Source of the DNA: a virus
Lineage: Duplodnaviria; Caudoviricetes
Strand: one strand, 5' to 3'
Length of the DNA stretch: 64,000 bases
IMG/VR virus record: IMGVR_UViG_3300005686_000039
Location: 1,913-65,912 of that record
Shown: positions 9,363 through 19,130 of the stretch, one piece after another
Numbering within the stretch: the stretch's first letter is position 1
Layout: every line of letters starts with the position of its first letter
Notes under the pieces: generated by a model
Database searches by the model: none
What the model was told of the DNA's origin: nothing
The model's input: the letters and a program-made list of their open reading frames with translations, nothing else
Made by a program: the position numbers and the translations under genes

Positions 9363-10970
9363 ATGCAGCGCAGAAGTGAGTTTCTTTTCAACGGGTTCAA
9401 CCAGGCCCTTGCCATCGGCAACGGGTCTGGCGTGTTCACCGTGTCTGAGAGCGCCGTCCGCATCGGCGTGTTCGGCCTGACCGGGGCGCAGAAGCTCCCG
9501 ATCGAGTACCGCGTCGAGGGCCGCCTGTCCAAGACGCAGGGCCAGGATTTCTACTGGACCCCGTTCGTCGAGGCGGGCGCCGCCGTCGAGCTGAGCACGG
9601 CCAGCACGGTCGTCATCCTGACCGTCCCCGGCACCTACCGCGTGAACGTGTCGTCGATCTCGGTGAGCGCCCCGGTTGTCGTCTCCATGCAGGACATGGA
9701 CCGCGACGAGGTGCACACGCGGTTCGTCTACGTGCACGGCACGGGCATCGGCGGCGGTGCGCCCGTCGCGTCGCACGCTCCGGCCCTCATCGGCTCGCCG
9801 GATGGCACCATCACCACGGGCGCGTCTGGCACCGATAATCAGACCCTCGCGGTCTCCGTCAATCCGGCGGCGACTGGCGCGGCTCTGGCGGGCAACGCTG
9901 GCGCCGTCGCGGCACTCGCGGCGGCTCTCGCCCCAGCGCTCAACGCGCACGCTCCGGCGGCTGTGGCGTCTGCGGACGGCACGATCGACGTTGTGACCGC
10001 AGGTCAGAACTTCGACATTGGCGTCAACGCGGCCAACGTGGCGATCGAGATTGCTACCACGCCGGCTGCCATCACGACCCTGGTTGCGGCGCTGGCTCCC
10101 GGTCTGAACGCTCACGCACCGGCGACGATCTCCAACCCGGATGGGGTCATCGACGTGACCCAGGCCGGGCAGGCGTTCACGCTGGACTTCGATCCGGCGG
10201 CTGCGGCGTCTGAGATCGCGGCCACGCCTGCAGCTATCACGACCCTTGTCACGGCGCTCACGCCCGGCCTCAACGCCCACGTCCCGGCGACGATCGCGTC
10301 CTCGGATAGCAGCGTCACGGTCACGGCGTCTGGCACCGATAGCCAGACCTTCAACCTGCAGGTCAACTCGGCGGGCATCGCGGCGTCGCTGATCTCGGCG
10401 GACGCTGGCAACGATATCGTGCTCGGCACCGACAGCAAGCTCAAGCTCGTCGAGACCGTCACCGCGCTCGCGTACAACCCGACGACCAAGGTGTTCACGT
10501 ACACCGACGAGGCCGGTGCGGCGACGACCTACGACCTGTCTGCGCTCGCTGTGGACATCTACGTGAACGGCGCGACATTCAACGCCGGCACGGGCGTCCT
10601 GACGCTCACCGACAACGACGGCACGTCGCCCGACGTGGTGGTCGACCTGTCGGCCTACAAGGTGACGTGGACCGACAATGGCGATGGCACCCACACGCAC
10701 GCCCAGGCCGGCGCGACGTACGTGCTCGACTTCAACGCCGCCGCGCTGCCCTACAGCAACGTGGCTTCGGGTATGGCCGCGACCGACGTGCAGGCCGCGA
10801 TCGACGAGCTGGAGAACGCGCTGAACACGCCGCCGGCCGCAGCCGCCCCGGCAACCAGCGACGACCCCAGCATCCCCACCACCCTCACCGGGACAGCCAG
10901 GACGGTCTTGCTCGCCGACCCCGATGGCTGGTTCACCATCGGCGGCAAAAAAGTCCCGTTCTGGAACTAA
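9363..10970 (+). CDS. Ala-rich repeat fibre-like virion protein, 535 aa
   Basis: Four roughly 50-aa repeats (NAHAPA...DG.I.V...AAI..L..AL.P.L). Confidence 0.7.
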   Translation: MQRRSEFLFNGFNQALAIGNGSGVFTVSESAVRIGVFGLTGAQKLPIEYRVEGRLSKTQGQDFYWTPFVEAGAAVELSTASTVVILTVPGTYRVNVSSISVSAPVVVSMQDMDRDEVHTRFVYVHGTGIGGGAPVASHAPALIGSPDGTITTGASGTDNQTLAVSVNPAATGAALAGNAGAVAALAAALAPALNAHAPAAVASADGTIDVVTAGQNFDIGVNAANVAIEIATTPAAITTLVAALAPGLNAHAPATISNPDGVIDVTQAGQAFTLDFDPAAAASEIAATPAAITTLVTALTPGLNAHVPATIASSDSSVTVTASGTDSQTFNLQVNSAGIAASLISADAGNDIVLGTDSKLKLVETVTALAYNPTTKVFTYTDEAGAATTYDLSALAVDIYVNGATFNAGTGVLTLTDNDGTSPDVVVDLSAYKVTWTDNGDGTHTHAQAGATYVLDFNAAALPYSNVASGMAATDVQAAIDELENALNTPPAAAAPATSDDPSIPTTLTGTARTVLLADPDGWFTIGGKKVPFWN

Positions 10971-10992
10971 GGCATCTCAGGAGTAGAGACAC

Positions 10993-13900
10993 ATGGCGAA
11001 TTTCGAGTTCCTTCTTTGGGATGCCGGCGCGAAGAAGCACCGTCCGGCCGCCCCTGGCGACGTGGCCGACACCAACACCAAGACGGCCATCGTCGATGCG
11101 ATCGTCGCCGACCCGGTGGCCCAGGCCGCCATTGCCGGCGCGGTCACGGACGACGTGGTGACGGCTATCGCCGCCGACCCGGCCGCGCAGACTGCTATCG
11201 CGGCGGCCATCGCGGACGACCTGATCTCCAAGGACGCGGGCAACGTCGTCTCCAAGGGCAGCGATAGCCTGCTCTTCGCGAGCGCGGCTACCGTGGCTGC
11301 GGCCATCGTCGCCGACCCGGCGGCCCAGGCATCACTGGCAACCGCCATCGCGGACGACGTGGTGACGGCTATCGCCGCCGACCCGGCCGCGCAGACCGCG
11401 CTCGCTGCATCGGTTGCTGACGACCTGCTGTCGAAGGACGCGGGCAACGCGGCGGTGCTCGGTGCCGATAAGCTCGTCTACGTCCCGGCGGCCAAGTCTT
11501 CGGACCTGATCTCGGCCGACGCTGGCAACATCGTCAAGACGGGCACGGACAGCAAGCTGTTCGCCGACGCCTCGGGCGTCGTCGCGGCCATCGTGGCGGA
11601 CCCCGCTGCGCAGACCGCGCTCGGCAATGTGATGGCGGACGACGTGGTGACGGCTATCGTTGCGCTCCCCCCGCAGCAGGACGCCCTCTCCGCTGCGCTG
11701 CTCGACGACATGGTGGCCGACATTGTCGGCGACGCCGCGTCGCAGACCGCGCTCGCTGGCGCGCTGGCCGACGACCTTCTCTCGAAGGACGCTGGCAACG
11801 TCGCTGTGCTCGGCACCGACAAGCTGATCTACGTCGCCCCTGGCGCGGCTCCGACCATCGTGTCGGCCGATGCAGGCAACAAGCTGACCAAGGGCTCGGA
11901 CGGCGGCGCGTTCTACGTGATGCCCGACACGGACCTGTCGAACACTCCTTCGGCGGGCGACGTTGTCGTGTCCATCACCACCGGCGCGAGCACCACGCTC
12001 CCCGGCGCCACTGCCGCGCTCGCTGGCGTGATGACTGCTACCGACAAGGCCAAGCTCGACGGCATCCCGTCGTCTGCCGTACCTACGTCCCGCGTTCTCA
12101 CGGCGGGCGCTGGCCTGACCGGCGGCGGCGATCTGTCGGCTGACCGCTCGTTCGCAGTGGCGGCCAACGGCGTCGACAACACCATGCTCGCCGACATGGC
12201 GGCCAACACGATCAAGGGCGCTGTCGGCGCTGGCGATCCGGCGGATCTCACGCCGGCCCAGGTGTCGACGATGATCATGTCGGCGGACGGCGGCAACGCC
12301 ATCGTCGCGGGCACGGACGGCAAGCTCTACGTCGCTCCTGGCGCAACCCCGACCATCGTGTCGAAGGACGCTGGCAACGATGTCGTTGCAGGCACGGACG
12401 GCGGCGCGTACCTCGCCGAGACCGTTACCTCGCTGGCGTACAGCGCGGCCACGAAGGTTCTGACGTTCAAGGACGAGGCGGGCAACAGCACCGCGCTCGA
12501 CCTGTCCGCGCTTGCCGCCGACATCTACGTGAACGGCGCCACCTTCAACGCCGGCACGGGCATCCTGACCCTGACCGACAACGACGGTGCGTCGCCCGAC
12601 GTGGTGGTGGACCTGTCGGCGTACAAGGTCGGCGTAACCGACAACGCGGACGGCACCTACACGCTGGCCCAGGCGGGCAACACGTTCACGATCGACACCG
12701 TCGACGCGCTGAACTCGCTCGGCGCGGGCGAGAGCATCCTGGGCGCTGCGGCGGGCCGCACGCACGGCATCAAGTCGCTCAAGGCTGTCGGCGCGACGCT
12801 CAGCTCGGACGCCAACGAGATCACGATCACGGTCGCGGCAACGACGGTTGTTTCTGCGGACGCGGGCAACCAGATCGTGGCGGGCGCGGACGGTGGCGCA
12901 TTTCTCACCGGCAAGGTGGCGGAGACCCGTGCGGTCAACACCGGCACCGGCCTGACCGGCGGCGGCAACTTGTCCGCCGACCGCACGCTCGCGGTCGACT
13001 TCCCGAACGTGATCTCGACGGACGCGTCCAACGTCATCACGCAGGGTACGGACGGCAAGCTCTATGTCGCTCCGGGCGGCGCTCCGACCATCGTGTCGGC
13101 CGACGCTGGCAACGATATCAGCAAGGGTACGGACGGCGGCGCGTTCATCGACGGCGTGGTCTTCGAGGCTCGCGTGGTCAACACCGGCTCCGGCTTGACT
13201 GGCGGCGGCGACCTGACGGCCGATCGCACGTTCGCGATCGACTATGCCGGCGCCATCTCGTCCGACGCGAGCAACGCGCTCAAGGTCGGCACGGACGGCA
13301 AGTTCCACGTCACGGTAGGCGCGGCCCCTGTCTCGTCCGTGTTCGGTCGGACTGGCGCGGTCGTGGCTGCGGCGGGCGACTACACGGCTGCCCAGGTCGT
13401 GAACGTCCCGGCGGGCACGCTCAGCGCCACCGACGTGCAGGCGGCCATCAACGAGATCGATGGCGACAACGTCGCGCAGGACGCGCTCATCGCGGCCAAC
13501 GCGTCAGCCATCGCCACGAAGGCCAGCTCGGCGATCACCATCACGGGCACCGGCGCGCTCACGGGCGGCGGCGACCTGACGGCGAACCGCACGATCAGCC
13601 TGGCGAACGACGGCGTGACTAACGCCCACCTCGCCAACATGCCGGCCAACACGATCAAGGGCAACAACACGGGCGCTGCTGCGGACCCGGTCGACATGAC
13701 CGCCGCGCAGACCTGGGCAGTGCTCGACACGGTCGTCTACAGCTTCAACAAGCAGAAGGGCGCCGCGCTCAAGACGCTGGCTGACGCCGCTTCGATCGCC
13801 TGGGCGCTCGACGACAATCAGGTCGCGCAGGTCACGCTCGCGGGCAACCGCGCGCTGGCCAACCCGACGCAGATGGTCGCCGGGCACACCTACATCCTGA

Positions 13901-14070
13901 TCGTCGAGCAGGACGCCACCGGCTCGCGTACGCTGTCCTTCGGCACCGCGTACAAGTTCCCCGGTGGCAAGGACCCGGTGATGAGCACGGCGGCCAACGC
14001 CGTCGACATCATCACGTTCGTCTCTGACGGCACGAGCATGTACGGCGTCGCTCAGAAGGCGTTCGCGTAA
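10993..14070 (+). CDS. Long fibre protein, 1025 aa
   Basis: IVADPAAQ.AL repeats, many S.DAGN...G.DG repeats, G.GLTGGGDL.A.RT repeats, C-terminal QDATGSRTLSF...AVDIITF fibre-tip-like domain. Confidence 0.78.
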   Translation: MANFEFLLWDAGAKKHRPAAPGDVADTNTKTAIVDAIVADPVAQAAIAGAVTDDVVTAIAADPAAQTAIAAAIADDLISKDAGNVVSKGSDSLLFASAATVAAAIVADPAAQASLATAIADDVVTAIAADPAAQTALAASVADDLLSKDAGNAAVLGADKLVYVPAAKSSDLISADAGNIVKTGTDSKLFADASGVVAAIVADPAAQTALGNVMADDVVTAIVALPPQQDALSAALLDDMVADIVGDAASQTALAGALADDLLSKDAGNVAVLGTDKLIYVAPGAAPTIVSADAGNKLTKGSDGGAFYVMPDTDLSNTPSAGDVVVSITTGASTTLPGATAALAGVMTATDKAKLDGIPSSAVPTSRVLTAGAGLTGGGDLSADRSFAVAANGVDNTMLADMAANTIKGAVGAGDPADLTPAQVSTMIMSADGGNAIVAGTDGKLYVAPGATPTIVSKDAGNDVVAGTDGGAYLAETVTSLAYSAATKVLTFKDEAGNSTALDLSALAADIYVNGATFNAGTGILTLTDNDGASPDVVVDLSAYKVGVTDNADGTYTLAQAGNTFTIDTVDALNSLGAGESILGAAAGRTHGIKSLKAVGATLSSDANEITITVAATTVVSADAGNQIVAGADGGAFLTGKVAETRAVNTGTGLTGGGNLSADRTLAVDFPNVISTDASNVITQGTDGKLYVAPGGAPTIVSADAGNDISKGTDGGAFIDGVVFEARVVNTGSGLTGGGDLTADRTFAIDYAGAISSDASNALKVGTDGKFHVTVGAAPVSSVFGRTGAVVAAAGDYTAAQVVNVPAGTLSATDVQAAINEIDGDNVAQDALIAANASAIATKASSAITITGTGALTGGGDLTANRTISLANDGVTNAHLANMPANTIKGNNTGAAADPVDMTAAQTWAVLDTVVYSFNKQKGAALKTLADAASIAWALDDNQVAQVTLAGNRALANPTQMVAGHTYILIVEQDATGSRTLSFGTAYKFPGGKDPVMSTAANAVDIITFVSDGTSMYGVAQKAFA

Positions 14071-14077
14071 GACCTAA

Positions 14078-14101
14078 AGGGCGGGCCGCGCGGCCCGCCC
14101 T
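14078..14101. terminator. Perfect GC hairpin after the fibre gene
   Basis: AGGGCGGGCCG-CG-CGGCCCGCCCT; no U-run. Confidence 0.45.
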
Positions 14102-14157
14102 GACTGCCCATCTCGGCCTACGGCCGACAGTGCAATTCTCAAAGGTTAGAAGCACCC

Positions 14158-16482
14158 ATGCTCACCTTCCCGATCAATAACTGGTCCGGTTCGTCCGTCC
14201 CGATCAATTCGCTGCGCTTCGCGTCGCCGTCAGGCAGCTACCTGACGCGCACACCCACCGTCGCCGGCAACCGTAAGCTGTGGACGTTTGCTGCGTGGGT
14301 GAAGCGCGGCCAGCTATCGACCGCACAAAACCTGCTGACTGCAGTCACGGCGACAGTGGACAGCCTAACGTTCAGCGCCTCGAACAATATAACGTTCAGC
14401 ACTGCTGCCGGGCTCACCCTGGCCACAACCCAGGTGTTCCGTGACTCCGGCGCATGGATGCACATCGTACTGCGCTACGATCAAGCGCAGCCCGTGGCGG
14501 CTGACCGCGTGAAGCTCTACGTAAATGGCGTCGAGATCACGTCGTTCGTCGTGGATAATCGCGGATCGCTGACGCCGACCAGCAGCCGTTTCAACACGGC
14601 GGTCATCCACTCCATCGGTAGGCACAACAACGGCTCGGCGTTCTTCGACGGCTACATGGCTGACATCTACCTGATCGACGGCGCCGCGCTCGCCCCGACC
14701 GCGTTCGGCTCGTTCGACGCTGACGGCATCTGGCAGCCCGGCCCGCAGTACGCCGGCGCGTACGGGACCAACGGCTTCTTCCTCGACACGGCGGAGGTCG
14801 TCGGCGGATCCTCGGTTCTCGACAGCGGCCCGAACGGATTGACGTGGACGCCGGTCAACTTCGACTTCAACCCGACCAGCTTCGACTTCCACGGCAGCTA
14901 CGACAGCCCGGCCGACAACTACTGCCACATGGGCTCAGTGTTCCTCACTGGGTCGACGGTGCGCGGCGGCGGCCTCGACATCACCAACGTCACTACCAAC
15001 CCATCGGTGGTGAACGGCACCTTCGGCATCTCCTACGGCAAGTGGTATTGGGAGGTCGAAGCCGAGGTGGTCACGGGCTCCTTCGCCGGCATCATCAACA
15101 ACACGGCGCGCGAGGCGACGGACGGTCGCACCGACTACCCCGGTCGCAGCGCTGACGGCTACTCGCTCGCGTTCGCGACGGGCAACAAGGTCAATGCCAG
15201 CGTCGCGGGCGTGGCCTACGGCACCCCGATCGTCGCCAACGATGTCGTGATGGTCGCGTTCGACGCCGACAACGGCAAGATCTGGTTCGGCAAGAACGGG
15301 ACGTGGTTCGGCGGCGGCGACCCGGCGGCGGGCACTGGCGAGGCGTTCGCGGGCATACCGCTGACGCGCGAGGTCTACTTCCCCGCGCACGGTAACAACG
15401 CGGCGGCCGGCGTCTCGCACTACAATTTCGGCCAGCGCGACTTCAAGCACGTCCCTCCGGCGGGCTTCGGCAAGCTGCGCGCGTCGTCGCTCAACCCGGT
15501 CGCGATCATCGACGGCGAGGACTACTTCGACGCCAAGCTGTACGCCGGCACGGGCGCTGCGCAGAGCATCACGGGCTACAACTTCCAGCCCGATCTCGTC
15601 GAGGTTCGTCCGCGAACGGCGCAAGGCACCAATTCGCCAATATATGACGCGGTGCGCGGTGCGCAGCGGCGGTGGTCTATCGAGCAGGCGGCGGCGGAGG
15701 CAGTCACGGACGACGGCGTGACCGGGTTCCTGGCCAACGGCTTCTCGCTGGGCACGCAGGCGTTGGTGAATAACGCGGGCCGCAATTTCGTCGGTGCGGC
15801 GTGGAAGCAGGGCAACGTACCTGGCCTGCAGATCATCACCTACACGGGCGACGGCGCGGCCAGCCGCAACATCGCGCACACGCTCGGCAAGAAGCCGGCG
15901 ATGATCATCATCAAGGCGCGCACATCGGCGAACTTCGGCGTGATGTACCACCAGTGGGGCGGCTGGCCCGGCAACGCGCCGGAGACTGGCGGCATGCCGT
16001 TCAACCTCGCGACTACGCAGTGGGCCGTCGTCGCCAGCTTGTGGAACAACACGGCGCCCACCGCTGCGCAGTTTACGGTTGGCAACGACGTGCGCGTCAA
16101 CGCGGCGGGTGTCGACTACGTCGCGTACGTGTGGTGCGAGGTGGAGGGCTTCTCTAAGTTCGGCCTCTACTACGCCAACGGCAACGCCAACGGCGCGTTC
16201 GCTTACTGCGGCTTCCGCCCGCAGTGGTTCTTCTGCATGGAGAGCGACACGCTCGCGGCGCCGACTGGCATGGACGACGCGCGCAACCCGCGCAACGTGC
16301 AGGGTACGGCGTTCCGGTGGATGTCCAACACGACATCCGAGAGCACGACGGACGACATGGACTTTGTGTCCAACGGCGCGAAGATGCGCGCGACCGGGAA
16401 CCAGACGAACCAGGCCGCGACGCTGCGGTATATGTTCGCCGCGTTCGCGCACCACCCGTTCAAACACGGAAGGGCTCGCTGA
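14158..16482 (+). CDS. Concanavalin-A/LamG-like plus SPRY-like virion protein, possible receptor-binding protein
   Basis: WTFAAWVKR, AWMHIVL, FDGYMAD (LamG-like); GKWYWEV, VAFDADNGKIWFGKNG (SPRY-like). Confidence 0.72.
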   Translation: MLTFPINNWSGSSVPINSLRFASPSGSYLTRTPTVAGNRKLWTFAAWVKRGQLSTAQNLLTAVTATVDSLTFSASNNITFSTAAGLTLATTQVFRDSGAWMHIVLRYDQAQPVAADRVKLYVNGVEITSFVVDNRGSLTPTSSRFNTAVIHSIGRHNNGSAFFDGYMADIYLIDGAALAPTAFGSFDADGIWQPGPQYAGAYGTNGFFLDTAEVVGGSSVLDSGPNGLTWTPVNFDFNPTSFDFHGSYDSPADNYCHMGSVFLTGSTVRGGGLDITNVTTNPSVVNGTFGISYGKWYWEVEAEVVTGSFAGIINNTAREATDGRTDYPGRSADGYSLAFATGNKVNASVAGVAYGTPIVANDVVMVAFDADNGKIWFGKNGTWFGGGDPAAGTGEAFAGIPLTREVYFPAHGNNAAAGVSHYNFGQRDFKHVPPAGFGKLRASSLNPVAIIDGEDYFDAKLYAGTGAAQSITGYNFQPDLVEVRPRTAQGTNSPIYDAVRGAQRRWSIEQAAAEAVTDDGVTGFLANGFSLGTQALVNNAGRNFVGAAWKQGNVPGLQIITYTGDGAASRNIAHTLGKKPAMIIIKARTSANFGVMYHQWGGWPGNAPETGGMPFNLATTQWAVVASLWNNTAPTAAQFTVGNDVRVNAAGVDYVAYVWCEVEGFSKFGLYYANGNANGAFAYCGFRPQWFFCMESDTLAAPTGMDDARNPRNVQGTAFRWMSNTTSESTTDDMDFVSNGAKMRATGNQTNQAATLRYMFAAFAHHPFKHGRAR

Positions 16483-16637
16483 TGGCAGCAGGCTGCTCAA
16501 AATGCCAGGCGGCGCGTGCGCGCCTCCTGGCCGGTGCCAAGGCGGGCAAGCCGACCGAAGTGGCGGCTGCCGTAGTGACGGGCGCCAAGATCATCGTCGA
16601 CAAGGTCACAGGCAAGAGGACGGTCCACAATGGCTGA
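16482..16637 (+). CDS. Small basic protein with CxxC (MAAGCSKCQAARARLL...)
   Basis: TGATG overlap with the previous stop; 51 aa. Confidence 0.55.
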   Translation: MAAGCSKCQAARARLLAGAKAGKPTEVAAAVVTGAKIIVDKVTGKRTVHNG

Positions 16638-16788
16638 CAGCAAGATCAAGACGCAGGGTGACAAGCACCCGCAGATGTTCGGCACCAAGTTCCCCGAGTA
16701 CACGGGGAACAAGTCGAAGGGACCGAGCTGGGGCATCCAGCAGGGCCAGAACGCCGGCAAAGGCGCCGGCGAGAAGAAGGGCAAGTGA
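16630..16788 (+). CDS. Small Gly/Lys-rich protein, 52 aa (MADSKIKTQG...GEKKGK)
   Basis: Manual translation; overlaps both neighbours; below the track size cut-off. Confidence 0.55.
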   Translation: MADSKIKTQGDKHPQMFGTKFPEYTGNKSKGPSWGIQQGQNAGKGAGEKKGK

Positions 16789-17024
16789 TGCGTACCCCTG
16801 ACGCACAGCTCGCAGACGCTTTGTCCCGACAGCCCATGCGGGACCGCCTTGTTGCGTATCTGCGGTCTGTGCGTGAGGACGAGATGGAGCGGCTGGCGAC
16901 AGCCCCAACCGTAGCTGCGACGCGTATCCAGCAGGGTAGGGCTTCCGCAATCGCCGACTTGATCAAGATCCTTGAACAGCAGAGCAGGCCCAATGGCACA
17001 ACCAGCAGCAACCCCGTCTTCTGA
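16788..17024 (+). CDS. Small head-module protein preceding the scaffold
   Basis: TGATG coupling; helical with QQGRA motif. Confidence 0.6.
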   Translation: MRTPDAQLADALSRQPMRDRLVAYLRSVREDEMERLATAPTVAATRIQQGRASAIADLIKILEQQSRPNGTTSSNPVF

Positions 17025-18042
17025 CACGGGCATCAACGACAGCCTCATCCCCGCAGCGCTCAAGCAGCGCCGCGCCGAGGTGCAGCAACAGCAGGCAGCG
17101 AACGACCAGCCGGCGGCCGACGCGCCAGCCGAGCAGGAGGACAACCCGTTCGACGCTTCGTCGTACGCCGTCCCTACGGTCTCCCAACAACAGGCGCCGG
17201 CGCAGCCGACCCCTCCGACCGCCGCGCCCGAGGGCGACGACCAGTCGTGGGAGCACCGCTACAAGACGCTGCAGGGTATGTACCGGGCCGAGAAGACCAA
17301 GCTCGCCGTGCTCGAAGACGAGGTGGCCGCGCTGAAAGACGCGCTCACCGCTCGCAAGGGTGCCGCGCCCGCCGCGCCCGCCGCGCCGACAGGTGATCAG
17401 GCGATCACGCTGGCGGTGAAGGACATCCCCGCCCAGCTCACCGACGAGCAGCGCCAGCAGTACGAGCGCTCGATGCCGGTGATCAAGCACCTCGCGTTCT
17501 CCGTGATGCAGGAGGCGATGCAGCCCGTGCTTGCACGGCTCGCGGCACTGGAGCGCGGCATCGGCGATGTGAAGACCCACACGCAGACGACGATCACGAC
17601 ACTCGCGGATCGCTCGTTCAAGGGCCAGCTCCGGCAGGCCGTACCCGACCTCGACGCGCTCACCGCGTCGGCAGATTTCAAGACCTTCCTCGAACGTCCC
17701 ATTCCCTACAGCGGCGGCGAGACGATCCGTGATCGTCTCAAGAAAGCCTACGAGGGACAGGACGCTCACACCATAGCGAGCATCGTTGCGGACTTCCGGG
17801 CGAACACGGGCGGCGGCAAGCCGCCGGTGACGCCTGCGCATTTCCAGCAACCGGCGGGATCAGGCGGGCAGCCCACGGCTACCGCGCCGGAAGCCCAGCC
17901 GAAGCCAACGCTTGCGTGGTCCAAGCGGAAGGAAGCCACGGCTCGGTTCCAACGGGGTCAGATGACCCAGGCGGAGCTGACCAAAGTCCAACAGCTCTAC
18001 GATCAGGCCGCCAAGGAAGGCCGCGTGGACTACGATAAGTAA
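16993..18042 (+). CDS. Capsid scaffolding protein
   Basis: Ala/Gln/Pro-rich, WEHRYKTLQGMY coiled coil, directly upstream of the capsid gene. Confidence 0.72.
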   Translation: MAQPAATPSSDTGINDSLIPAALKQRRAEVQQQQAANDQPAADAPAEQEDNPFDASSYAVPTVSQQQAPAQPTPPTAAPEGDDQSWEHRYKTLQGMYRAEKTKLAVLEDEVAALKDALTARKGAAPAAPAAPTGDQAITLAVKDIPAQLTDEQRQQYERSMPVIKHLAFSVMQEAMQPVLARLAALERGIGDVKTHTQTTITTLADRSFKGQLRQAVPDLDALTASADFKTFLERPIPYSGGETIRDRLKKAYEGQDAHTIASIVADFRANTGGGKPPVTPAHFQQPAGSGGQPTATAPEAQPKPTLAWSKRKEATARFQRGQMTQAELTKVQQLYDQAAKEGRVDYDK

Positions 18043-18053
18043 GGGAACTGCGC

Positions 18054-18998
18054 ATGACCCGTCGTGCAATCCCGGCTGCTGCGGGCTACCCGCAGTATTC
18101 CGGCAACCTCATCCACCCGGTTATCACCCAGGAGTTGATCGAGCGCTTCTACTGCTCGACCATCTTCGGTGAGATCTCGACCACCAACTACCTCGGTCAG
18201 CTCAACGCTGGCGGCGACCAGATCACCTTCTGGCGCGAGCCCTGCGTCATCGTCCGCGACCACATCAAGGACGGATCCATCGTGCACGACACGCTGGAGA
18301 GCGCGCCCATCACGCTCGTCATCGACAAGGCGAAGGAGTTCTCGCTCAAGATCGCCCGCGTCGACGAGAAGATGATGCAGATGTGGGAGACGTTCAAGAA
18401 CTCGTTCTTGAAGGGCGCCTCGCGCGAGCTGGCCAAGCAGATCGACTGCGAGATCCTGGGCACGGTCTACGCCGACGTGGACTGCCGGAACAGCGGCGGC
18501 AACGCCGGCTGCGTCAGCCAGTCCTACAACCTCGGCCAGCCCGGCAACCCGGTCGTCGTGACGCCCGGCAACATCATTCAGGTTCTCTCGGACCTGCACG
18601 GCACTCTCAACGAGGCGTGCATTCCCCGTGAGGGTCGCTGGATCGTGTTGCCGTCCGTGTTCGAGGTGGCGCTGATCAACAGCCCGCTGCAGAACGCGTA
18701 CGTCACCGGCATGTCGATGTCGCCGATGCTGAATGGCAAGCTGCCCACGCAGATCATGGGCTTCGATGTCTACATCAGCGACAACGTCAGCCGCGTGTTC
18801 GACGCCGGCACCGGCACCTGGGCCTACAACATCCTCTGTGGCACCAAGGCCGGCATCGTGTTCGCGTCGACGCTGAACGACACGCGCACGATCGAGGATG
18901 CGAATAGCTGGGACCGATACTTTCAGGGCCTTCAAGTGTTCGGATACGATGTGATCCAGCCCTCGGCCCTCGCCCACCTGTACGCTCGCGTGGCGTAA
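18054..18998 (+). CDS. Major capsid protein
   Basis: 314 aa after the scaffold; C-terminal GLQVFGYDVIQP.AL motif typical of HK97-fold coat proteins. Confidence 0.8.
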   Translation: MTRRAIPAAAGYPQYSGNLIHPVITQELIERFYCSTIFGEISTTNYLGQLNAGGDQITFWREPCVIVRDHIKDGSIVHDTLESAPITLVIDKAKEFSLKIARVDEKMMQMWETFKNSFLKGASRELAKQIDCEILGTVYADVDCRNSGGNAGCVSQSYNLGQPGNPVVVTPGNIIQVLSDLHGTLNEACIPREGRWIVLPSVFEVALINSPLQNAYVTGMSMSPMLNGKLPTQIMGFDVYISDNVSRVFDAGTGTWAYNILCGTKAGIVFASTLNDTRTIEDANSWDRYFQGLQVFGYDVIQPSALAHLYARVA

Positions 18999-19001
18999 CT
19001 C

Positions 19002-19026
19002 AAACCCCTGAAAACATTGGGGTTTT
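19002..19026 (+). terminator. Possible intrinsic terminator after the capsid gene
   Basis: AAACCCC-N10-GGGGTTTT. Confidence 0.5.
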
Positions 19027-19130
19027 CGCGGTTCTATCAGGTCAGACAATCAGTGCAAAAAGCTGTAGACATAAACTCCAGAACGGTGTATCTAGGGACA
19101 GTGTTCCTAGATACCAAAGGGGGTGTGTCT

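Noticed and set aside
9363-16482. Diversity-generating retroelement acting on fibre genes
   Set aside because: No reverse transcriptase motif found, and no template/variable repeat pair differing only at adenines
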